Of a DNA stretch of 42,160 bases, positions 8,501-15,548 are shown in pieces (position 1 is the stretch's first letter; each line of letters opens with the position of its first letter). The position numbers and the translations under genes are program-made. The stretch lies in sequence record SRR31156797_1306; one strand, given 5' to 3'. Below the pieces are notes generated by a model. That model was not told where the DNA came from and did not search any database. It saw nothing but the letters and a program-made list of their open reading frames with translations.

Positions 8501-9511
8501 TGGCGCTATATCATCTTCCACCGTAACTGTAGATGTACAAGTAGATTGATTTCCATCCTCATCTTCAACCGTAAGTGTAACAGTATTCGCACCCAAATTA
8601 GAACAATCAAAAGTTGCCTTATCTATACTTAAGATCAAATTTGCACTAGATGTTTCGACATCATTACTCCCATCATTAATATCGTCAGTTGTTAAACTTG
8701 CATTTCCAGATGCATCCAATTGAACTGTAATATCCTTACAATTCGCATTAGGAAAATTTCCTATAGTTGCCTGAATATTTATTGAATAATCCTCCACTTC
8801 CCCTTTAAAGCCAGTATCGCAACTTTTGGGATAATTTTTAGCTCTATTTGCAGATACTCTCATTCTTGTTTGCCCCACTTGAGCGCCAACCGGTGCAGAA
8901 ACCCTCAACGGGGAATTTCCTGATAATCCATCAGTATTAGTAAAACCTAAATTATACTCTTCCCCCGAATCATTAAAGCTTCCATTATGATTCCAATCAA
9001 TCCAAGCCCTCGTCCAAACAGAATTCCCATTATCCGGTGTATTAACTCTAACACTTAAATCATAATCTCTTCCAATCATAACATCAGTAATAACTCCGGT
9101 ATTATCAGTATAAGAAGGTTTTCCTGATGTAGTTTCACTAATAGAATTAAAGCTAACATTTGTTATTCCAAACCGATTATTATTTTGACCATATGAAGAA
9201 CAATAGGTAGTAGATACAAGAGTTAGGGTGACAGGTCCAATGTATCCTGTAGCGGCATTCCAATAATATAGTTCATAATCCCCTTCATCCAGACCATTAA
9301 CATCTAACACATTTCTTTCCTGCCAAACCCCATCAAGCATCACCCATTTATCACCAATCACAGACCACGTGATAGAAATACTTCCATCATTACTAGTTGG
9401 TGAAGTTGGATGGGTAACGACAGCTGTCTGCGCTAAAAGCATTTCACTCAGCAAACATAATAACACAGTAACAAATACTAAAAAGAAATTTCTAAAAGAA
9501 TTGAGAGACAT
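5516..9511 (-). CDS. Large modular adhesin: GEVED, HYR-like repeats, PA14, choice-of-anchor L, Calx-beta-like and Ig/SprB repeats; no T9SS CTD
   Basis: Signal peptide LLA|Q; AWIDWNHNGSF...GEVEDY (GEVED); YTFYTNSDDGVRL...LEYYENGGGA (PA14); GIILSTG...DASVLEFDF...YVFASEEY...NDVFAF...YHIKLAIADVADDNFDSAVFL (choice-of-anchor L); ends QPKPVGIFFQLNP. Confidence 0.85.
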   Translation of the reverse strand: MSLNSFRNFFLVFVTVLLCLLSEMLLAQTAVVTHPTSPTSNDGSISITWSVIGDKWVMLDGVWQERNVLDVNGLDEGDYELYYWNAATGYIGPVTLTLVSTTYCSSYGQNNNRFGITNVSFNSISETTSGKPSYTDNTGVITDVMIGRDYDLSVRVNTPDNGNSVWTRAWIDWNHNGSFNDSGEEYNLGFTNTDGLSGNSPLRVSAPVGAQVGQTRMRVSANRAKNYPKSCDTGFKGEVEDYSINIQATIGNFPNANCKDITVQLDASGNASLTTDDINDGSNDVETSSANLILSIDKATFDCSNLGANTVTLTVEDEDGNQSTCTSTVTVEDDIAPSLLNLNAEYFNGRNFDDLKYSESVDEVDNNWGGGSPNSSLIGNDNFSIRYSGNFVISEAGDYTFYTNSDDGVRLLIDGSNVINNWTNHAPITNNGTVNLTKGEHTIVLEYYENGGGAVIELEWESSDAGILREVFSKSSILNHTTVKTTLMLNSSGVATLNAADVDPGFIDNCSVTSRTLSKSSFSSSDIGVNNVTLTIRDANGNLMNFNVEVTVEEDNTLSTASIEINTQDASIGSSPNELVQNVLVTGCLTASDVTFIGDSRQIGYFNKGESDFPLAEGIILSTGNVVDAVGENDDSETSTGFGGAGDSHLTSIAGLETNDASVLEFDFMPAGDIVQFRYVFASEEYAEYACSNFNDVFAFLLSGPDINDGSRKQAENIALLDDGTTPVMISTVHGYERDRTTVSRVYDTNGAFSDWRGRYYRETNWVDKTSCSPVNSHLYVDNQNRERIVYQGGRIRDVYNTEGSYDIEYDGRTIILTATYNVKKCNTYHIKLAIADVADDNFDSAVFLEAKSFKSNEVTVENKIDGLDGDKEIMYRGCDKSYISFTRKENLDEEYKFHVTISGSATNGVDYYQVTEDGTKIGNFPEDITFAIGQSEIKIYYIASDEVSGAKNILFEVLRGCPCSTDDDDYFRKTIDILDVGEIKANAISNVTCGGGTPISTIIVELKDGLDPANYFYSLDDGAFQPENKFQGTFTVGDHKITIKDKFSCKSKDVTINIPEPTDLEANAGSDFEMCEKETSKTLNGTGGIDYLWTCDKAAGLTDMDVTSENPTISSSLLADTYTYTLTVSDGVGKACESSDDVIVVVKPTPVINGLNSDKLDVCSGININLSASVSNANNPTYIWTPNSEIVGSSNQLNIIAKPETNILASRTFTFRVTSDNSCFSTQSISGIKVYPNPNLTLDLGLSTLCSEGFNGEITVVADGGTPRLSEPEYDYSWSHDGGINSNVAIGLSPKTYTITVSDSKSCVGKLNVKVGQQPKPVGIFFQLNP

Positions 9512-9752
9512 ATTATTACTTTTGACTTTTAAATAACAAATGGGGAATCAAAAATAAACATTTATCAATATTTTCATATCAATTAAAAAATTAATTTTAA
9601 TTAAAATTTTAAAATCAAGTACTACAATTACGATTTACATAAATTTTCAAATAAAACTCTTTAATTTAAATCAAACTATTTGACTTGTAAAGGAAAAACT
9701 TTAAAGAATTATTCATTTTTTAAAGCCGCTTCTGTACTTATATAAAATCATA

Positions 9753-10448
9753 ATGAAAAAATACAAACACATCTTCTTCGACCTAGACAGGACTCTCTGG
9801 GATTTTAATTCCAACTCTGAAATTACCTTAAGCCAATTGTATCGAGACTATCAATTGCAGCTAATTTTTGGAACATTTCTGTTTTTTAAGTCTAGATTTG
9901 AATACCATAATGGCAAACTATGGAATGCCTACTATCAAAATAGAATTAAAAAAGAGGATTTAATGTACAGAAGGTTTTATCTTACTTTAAAGGAAGCTGG
10001 AACCGATGATATTGATTTAGCAAAAGAAATAGCTCAAGATTTTATTGATATCAGTCCCTTACAAACCAAAACATTTCCATATGCACATGAAACTCTTCAG
10101 TATCTGAAAGAGAAAAATTATGAATTACATATTATTACGAATGGATTTAATGAGGTGCAAGGAAAAAAATTAAGAAATAGCAAGTTGGATTCGTTCTTTT
10201 CCCATGTAATCACATCGGAAGATGCCGGAGCCAACAAACCTTCACCAAAAATCTTTGAGCATGCATTAAAAATAGCCAATGCTACACCTGAAAATAGTTT
10301 AATGGTTGGTGATGATTTAAAAACGGATATAGCTGGGGCAAAAAATAGCAACATCAACCAAATTTACTTCAACAACCATAAAGTAAAACATGACAAAAAA
10401 CCAACTTTCGAAATTTTCAATTTAAAAGAATTACAAAACATTCTATAA
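9753..10448 (+). CDS. YjjG-family HAD noncanonical pyrimidine nucleotidase
   Basis: FFDLDRTLWDF, IITNGF, KP, MVGDDLKTDI HAD motifs. Confidence 0.9.
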   Translation: MKKYKHIFFDLDRTLWDFNSNSEITLSQLYRDYQLQLIFGTFLFFKSRFEYHNGKLWNAYYQNRIKKEDLMYRRFYLTLKEAGTDDIDLAKEIAQDFIDISPLQTKTFPYAHETLQYLKEKNYELHIITNGFNEVQGKKLRNSKLDSFFSHVITSEDAGANKPSPKIFEHALKIANATPENSLMVGDDLKTDIAGAKNSNINQIYFNNHKVKHDKKPTFEIFNLKELQNIL

Positions 10449-10536
10449 GTTTCAACCTGTAATCAATATTCGATGTTTTGCAGCATTTAGTAACATCTTT
10501 TAACATTTAAAACAGGATCTGTAAGTTTTCTTGTAT

Positions 10537-10544
10537 TACATTTG
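10537..10544 (+). promoter_or_regulatory. Sigma-A -7 element for the downstream ncRNA
   Basis: TACATTTG matches TAnnTTTG immediately before the structured region. Confidence 0.6.
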
Positions 10545-10549
10545 TGGCG

Positions 10550-10744
10550 GTAATAGTTACGATATGGTTCGCAAAGCCTGTCGTATAATCAACACCTTTA
10601 AGCTTGTATTAACTTTCATAAAATTCTAAAGGGTTAGTGAAGTTACTAGGTAAAGATCAACAAATGGTTAATAAAATATTGAGTTAGACCATACAAGTGG
10701 TGTTGATATAAAGGCTGTGTTTAGGGGACACAGCCTTTTCTTTT
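10550..10744 (+). ncRNA. Structured ~195 nt RNA, probable Bacteroidales-1-like RNA
   Basis: Bounded by a promoter and a terminator. Closing helices ATCAACACC(10588-96)/GGTGTTGAT(10699-707) and CTTGTAT(10603-09)/ATACAAG(10691-97). The core AACTTTCATA..CTAAAGGGTTAGTGAAGTT..TAGGTAA..AACAAATGGTT resembles the Bacteroidales-1 motif as I recall it. Confidence 0.7.
10710..10744 (+). terminator. Intrinsic terminator of the ncRNA
   Basis: AAAGGCTGTGT-7 nt loop-ACACAGCCTTT followed by a T-rich tail. Confidence 0.85.
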
Positions 10745-10753
10745 GCTTCTTTT

Positions 10754-10862
10754 TCCACAAACAGACACAAATTAACTCAAAACATATCTTATTAATATTT
10801 GTGTATATTAGTGAGTATCTGTGGATGAGAATTAATCCACGAAAACACTAATTAACACAAAT
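10754..10862. repeat. Three copies (forward, reverse, forward) of a ~30 bp repeat with internal 10-bp periodicity upstream of the GxxExxY gene
   Basis: 10754 TCCACAAACAGACACAAATTAACTCAAA; 10797-10826 reverse complement ATCCACAGATACTCACTAATATACACAAAT; 10835 ATCCACGAAAACACTAATTAACACAAAT. Confidence 0.8.
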
Positions 10863-11240
10863 GAAAAAGAATGAATTTCTCTACAAAAAAGAATGCTATC
10901 AAATTATTGGAGCTGCCATGGAGGTGCACAATGAACTGGGATGTGGATTTTTAGAAGCTGTTTATCAAGAAGCACTTGCAATTCTACTTGATAAAAAACT
11001 CATTCCTTTTGAAAAGGAGAAGGTATTAGATATCGCTTTTCGAGGTAACATATTAAGCAAAAAATACATTGCTGATTTCGTTTGTTTCAATGAAGTAATT
11101 GTTGAGTTAAAAACGGCCGATTCAATCCACACAGAACATATTGCTCAAGTCTTAAATTACCTAAAAGCTACCAATAAGAGAATAGGATACTTATTAATTT
11201 CGGTACTACTCGTCTTCAATACAAAAGAATTATCCGGTAA
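10861..11240 (+). pseudogene. GxxExxY protein (PD-(D/E)XK-like fold) with a 1-bp frameshift near the 3' end
   Basis: GCGFLEAVYQEAL, ADFVC, IVELK, AQVLNYLKAT. The family C-terminus LINFGTTRLQYKRIIR* is encoded in a shifted frame from 11190 to TAA at 11238-11240. Confidence 0.8.
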
Positions 11241-11246
11241 AACTTC

Positions 11247-11300
11247 ATCCACAAATAAATCATGGAAAATATTTGAGTGAATTTGTGTTAATTCGTGGAT
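11247..11300. repeat. Downstream copies of the GxxExxY-flanking repeat
   Basis: ATCCACAAATAA at 11247; 11271-11300 reverse complement ATCCACGAATTAACACAAATTCACTCAAAT. Confidence 0.8.
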
Positions 11301-11309
11301 ACTCATTTA

Positions 11310-12575
11310 TCAAGTTTTTCTTTTCTTCTTCTTTGCTGCAGGGAATAATACATTATTCAATATTAATCGATATCCCGCAGAGGTTTTCTTTAAATCCAAA
11401 TCAGTTGGCGGATCACCTACCAAATGTTGATAATCTTCCGGATCGTGTCCTCCGTAAAATGTCCAGGTACCTTTTCCATGTTTTCCATGAATGTATCTTG
11501 CCTCTCCTGCCGATTTATTCTCGCCCATTATTAATATACCAGGCTTTATCAATTTTTTATTAAATGCGGTTGTCTGCCCCATGAATCCTTTAATTAAATT
11601 TTTATGGTTCTGACAAAGCATTGTTGGAACAGGATCCCATTTGGCAGAAAATTCAAATAGACTAAAATAGTCCTCATCTCTATTCAGTTTTCGTGTTAAA
11701 GTAACATCAATATCCGAAAATTCATACACAAAAGGATTGGTCTCTAAGGTGAAATCAGTAAAAGCGAAAGTATTCGAATAATCCAATTTCTCCTGAGCAT
11801 GTGCATCAATAGGATCGCCATCGAAAACATGATTACAGATATCTGTATCACCTGCAGCTAATGAAATATCAAAAGTATCGGTAGCAGAACACATTGCAAA
11901 CAAAAAACCACCGGCCTCAACAAAATCTCTTATTCGTTGCGAAACAGCTTTTTTAAGATCCGAAGATTTTGAAAAACCAAATTGCTTAGCTCTCTCTAAA
12001 TTAGTTCTTACCTCATCTTTATACCATTGCATATTGCGATAGGAGGCATAAAATTTACCGTGTTGTCCAGTAAAATCCTCATGATGAAGATGTAACCAAT
12101 CGTAGGACTTTAACTTCCCGGTCATCACTTCCTCATCGTAAACAATGTCGTAAGGAATTTCGGCATAAGTCAAAGCCAAGGTAACTGCATCATCCCAGGG
12201 CTTTTTACCTTTTGGTGTATAAACAGCGATGGATGGAGCTTTTTCTAATTTCATGATATCCATATTTACCTCTGCACTGGATATTTCATTTGTTATTTTA
12301 GCAACCGAAGCATCAGAAAGAACTGTAAAACTAACACCTCTTATTTGACACTCATCTTGAATAGTTTTATTTAATGGTAGTAAAAATGATCCACCACGGT
12401 AATTTAAAAGCCAATGAATTTCATACTCTTTCTCAAGAGTCCAGTAAGCAATTCCATACGCCTTAAGATGATTTTTCTGGGTATCATCCATTTGAATTAG
12501 TAAGCTTGCTGAAAAACCTGAACATGCATAAATCAGCAAGTAAAAACTAAGTGCGAATTTCGAAAGGAATTTCAT
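11310..12575 (-). CDS. Conserved exported Bacteroidota protein with class I glutamine amidotransferase-like motifs (family often labelled asparagine synthetase B)
   Basis: Signal-like N-terminus; HLKAYG, PWDDAVT, WLHLHHEDFTGQ, GGFLFAMCSATD, YGGHDPED. Confidence 0.7.
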   Translation of the reverse strand: MKFLSKFALSFYLLIYACSGFSASLLIQMDDTQKNHLKAYGIAYWTLEKEYEIHWLLNYRGGSFLLPLNKTIQDECQIRGVSFTVLSDASVAKITNEISSAEVNMDIMKLEKAPSIAVYTPKGKKPWDDAVTLALTYAEIPYDIVYDEEVMTGKLKSYDWLHLHHEDFTGQHGKFYASYRNMQWYKDEVRTNLERAKQFGFSKSSDLKKAVSQRIRDFVEAGGFLFAMCSATDTFDISLAAGDTDICNHVFDGDPIDAHAQEKLDYSNTFAFTDFTLETNPFVYEFSDIDVTLTRKLNRDEDYFSLFEFSAKWDPVPTMLCQNHKNLIKGFMGQTTAFNKKLIKPGILIMGENKSAGEARYIHGKHGKGTWTFYGGHDPEDYQHLVGDPPTDLDLKKTSAGYRLILNNVLFPAAKKKKRKT

Positions 12576-12633
12576 AGATACAAATATCAGTGATGAAAAA
12601 ATTTTAAGGATTATAAATTTTCAACCAACTCAA

Positions 12634-14166
12634 TTAAAATGGAGGTGCATCTTCAAAATCACTTCCTCCAACCAAGCCAGCATTTAAATCATCGAAACCA
12701 CCCTGCTCCTGATTCATTCTTGAACTAAACGTCTTAACATCTTCAGGACTTTCATCACCGAAAGGATCCATACTTTCACCTTCCAAATCCATAAATCGAG
12801 CCAATTGATTACGGAATCGCAACTGAATTTCACCAACGGCACCATTACGGTGTTTGGCTATAATAATATCGGCAATACCAATTAATGAATTTCCTTCGGC
12901 ATCTTCTGTAATTCCATATCTTTCCGGACGGTGAATAAACAACACCATATCGGCATCCTGCTCAATCGCTCCAGATTCACGAAGGTCAGAAAGCATCGGT
13001 TTTTTCGCATCTCCAGTACGTTGCTCAACACCACGATTCAACTGCGATAGTGCGATAACCGGAATATTTAATTCTTTTGCAATAATCTTTAGCTGACGCG
13101 AGATTAAACTTACCTCCTGCTCACGATTCCCACGCATATCTGAACCAGCTGTCATCAGCTGCAAGTAGTCAATAATAACACAACCAATATCGTATTTGGC
13201 TTTTAATCGACGACATTTAGAACGCAACTCATAAATTGATAAACCTGGCGTATCATCCACATAAATCGGGGCTTCAACCAAGTCTTTAATTTTCACGTGC
13301 AATTGCTCCCACTCGAAATCCTCCAAACGTCCATTTCTCAACTTCTCCGATCCCAATTCCGTTTCACTGGAAATCATACGTTTTACTAGCTGGTCGCCAC
13401 CCATCTCCAGAGAGAAAATAGCAATTGGTGATTTATGAGTTACTGCCATATTTCGTGTCATAGACAATACGAAAGCCGTTTTCCCCATTGAAGGACGTGC
13501 CGCAATAATTACAAGGTCAGACTTTTGCCAACCTGAGGTTATTCTATCAAGTGCCATAAAGCCAGAAGGCACACCACTTAATCCATCGGGGCGTTTTCCA
13601 GCCTCAACAATTTGGTTGATTACCTCATCTGCCAAAGGTCTAATATGAGCAGATTCCTTTTTTATATTCCCTTCTGCAATGTCAAAAACATCCTGCTGGG
13701 CTTTATCCAGCAAATCTGCAACATCAACACTTTCATCGAAGGCTTGATTCTGAATCTCGGAAGAAACACGTATCAATTCTCTTTGAATGTGCTTTTGAGC
13801 AATTATTCTCGCATGAAATTCAATGTGAGCTGCAGAAGCTACACGGTTTGTTAGCTGTGTAATGTAAAAAGGTCCGCCTACATCGTCAAGCGTTCCTTCT
13901 CTTTTCAATTCTTCTGTAACAGTCAAAATATCTATAGGCTCTTCCTTTGTAGAAAGATTCATAATTGCCTTGTAGATTTTCTGATGAGCATCTTTATAGA
14001 ATGTCTCTGCATTTAGCAAATCACCAACTGAAATGATAGCATCTTTCTCAAGCATAATTGCTCCCAACACTGCCTCCTCAAGCTCTACTGCCTGAGGTGG
14101 AACCTTCCCATAATCAAGATCTACCTTATTCTTCGATTGATTTTTGTAATTATTTGCTCCAGCCAT
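12634..14166 (-). CDS. dnaB: Replicative DNA helicase
   Basis: PPQAVELEEAVLG, AARPSMGKT, IIDYLQLM, LSQLNR, SDLRESGAIEQDAD, IAKHRNG; no intein. Confidence 0.98.
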   Translation of the reverse strand: MAGANNYKNQSKNKVDLDYGKVPPQAVELEEAVLGAIMLEKDAIISVGDLLNAETFYKDAHQKIYKAIMNLSTKEEPIDILTVTEELKREGTLDDVGGPFYITQLTNRVASAAHIEFHARIIAQKHIQRELIRVSSEIQNQAFDESVDVADLLDKAQQDVFDIAEGNIKKESAHIRPLADEVINQIVEAGKRPDGLSGVPSGFMALDRITSGWQKSDLVIIAARPSMGKTAFVLSMTRNMAVTHKSPIAIFSLEMGGDQLVKRMISSETELGSEKLRNGRLEDFEWEQLHVKIKDLVEAPIYVDDTPGLSIYELRSKCRRLKAKYDIGCVIIDYLQLMTAGSDMRGNREQEVSLISRQLKIIAKELNIPVIALSQLNRGVEQRTGDAKKPMLSDLRESGAIEQDADMVLFIHRPERYGITEDAEGNSLIGIADIIIAKHRNGAVGEIQLRFRNQLARFMDLEGESMDPFGDESPEDVKTFSSRMNQEQGGFDDLNAGLVGGSDFEDAPPF

Positions 14167-14251
14167 AAATTCAATTTATTGGATCCTTCAGAACCACGAT
14201 TCGAAGGAAAAAAATAATTCAGGATTCTATATTGCCTGAAATTTTAGAATG

Positions 14252-14259
14252 CAAAGATA
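14252..14259 (-). promoter_or_regulatory. Sigma-A -7 element for dnaB
   Basis: TATCTTTG on the minus strand about 85 bp upstream of the ATG. Confidence 0.6.
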
Positions 14260-14354
14260 AAGATAGAAAATAAAAATGCCATCCATAGATTTTTTTAGTT
14301 TGACAAATGATCTATTTTTACTCAATAAATTTTACAAACTCAAATAGTAAAACA

Positions 14355-15170
14355 GTGCTTAATTTCCCAAATGCAAAAATCAACTTAGGGTTAAACGTAG
14401 TTGAAAAACGACCTGATGGATTTCATAATATTGAGACAATTTTTTATCCAGTTCCTTTAACTGATGCTTTAGAAATTACAAAATCAGAAAGTAATAACCC
14501 ATACACCTTCAATTCTTCGGGTATTCCTATCAAAATTGAAGATTCTGAAAACATTGTAGTAAAGGCATTTGAATTGATTCATAAAAATTTTAACATTCCA
14601 TCTACAAGCATTCATCTTCATAAAAATATTCCGTTTGGTGCTGGTTTAGGCGGAGGGTCTGCTGATGCAGCATTTATGATTAAAATGCTAAACGAATATT
14701 ACAATTTAGACATCGGCATCAATAAAATGGAAGAATTGGCTTGTGAATTGGGTAGCGATTGTCCTTTCTTTATTTCCAACCAACCAGTTTTTGCAGAAGG
14801 GAAAGGTGAAATTTTCTCACCAGTCAAGGTTGATCTCACAGGCTATTATATTGTAATGATAAAACCAGATATCCATATCAGCACTCCAGAAGCCTATGCT
14901 GGTGTTAGCCCAAAACAAAGCAGAACATCACTTCAAAAGTTAATCGAACTCCCAATCCAGGAATGGAAAGAGAATATTTTTAACGATTTTGAAGAAAGTA
15001 TATTTCCAAATCATCCCTTATTGGCACAATTAAAAAATGAATTGTACAGCAGCGGAGCTACCTATGCAGCAATGTCGGGAAGTGGATCAACTATCTTTGG
15101 ATTATTTAAGGAAGAACCTTCTATACAACAAAATTGGCAAAAATATTTCAACTGGATAGGAAAACTATAA
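14355..15170 (+). CDS. ispE: 4-diphosphocytidyl-2-C-methyl-D-erythritol kinase
   Basis: FPNAKINLGL, KNIPFGAGLGGGSADAA, LGSDCPFF, MSGSGS; start moved to GTG 14355. Confidence 0.96.
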   Translation: MLNFPNAKINLGLNVVEKRPDGFHNIETIFYPVPLTDALEITKSESNNPYTFNSSGIPIKIEDSENIVVKAFELIHKNFNIPSTSIHLHKNIPFGAGLGGGSADAAFMIKMLNEYYNLDIGINKMEELACELGSDCPFFISNQPVFAEGKGEIFSPVKVDLTGYYIVMIKPDIHISTPEAYAGVSPKQSRTSLQKLIELPIQEWKENIFNDFEESIFPNHPLLAQLKNELYSSGATYAAMSGSGSTIFGLFKEEPSIQQNWQKYFNWIGKL

Positions 15171-15175
15171 CAAAC

Positions 15176-15213
15176 AAAAAGGGATTGTCATTACAACAAT
15201 CCCTTTATATTTT
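15176..15213. terminator. Bidirectional terminator between ispE and the biotin carrier gene
   Basis: AAAGGGATTGT/ACAATCCCTTT stem between convergent genes. Confidence 0.8.
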
Positions 15214-15227
15214 TCATCACAGAAAGA

Positions 15228-15536
15228 TTACTTAATTTCTAACATCAATAATCTGTTAGGAACCTTTATTCCTTCTTCTACATGAATTTTTTTAATTACA
15301 CCGTCAAAAGGCATTTTGATCTGATTCTTCATCTTCATAGCTTCAAGAATCATTAGACTTTCGCCTTCTTTCACTTCCTGCCCTTCTTTAACGAAAATTT
15401 CAACAATTGTTCCAGGAATAAATGAGTTGATATGCTTTGGATTAGGCTTAACCCAAGGCTTTCTACTTTCAAATTTCTTGGTTAGTTCTGTTTTGTAAAC
15501 AGTACCATCAACGTTGAATTCTTTTAAATTTTCCAT
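15228..15536 (-). CDS. Biotin carboxyl carrier protein
   Basis: LEAMKMKN biotinylation motif. Confidence 0.93.
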   Translation of the reverse strand: MENLKEFNVDGTVYKTELTKKFESRKPWVKPNPKHINSFIPGTIVEIFVKEGQEVKEGESLMILEAMKMKNQIKMPFDGVIKKIHVEEGIKVPNRLLMLEIK

Positions 15537-15548
15537 AATGAATAATTT

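Noticed and set aside
10557-10619. 20-codon minus-strand ORF MKVNTSLKVLIIRQALRTIS
   Set aside because: Promoter, terminator and base pairing all favour a plus-strand ncRNA; the equivalent motif at 26025 gives only M-K-stop.
10754-11300. Repeats considered as a CRISPR array or IS ends
   Set aside because: The copies are degenerate and alternate in orientation, with no regular spacers, cas genes, transposase or clear target duplication.
11273-11563. 96 aa plus-strand ORF after GxxExxY
   Set aside because: Antisense shadow of the conserved 421 aa gene; it begins inside a repeat.
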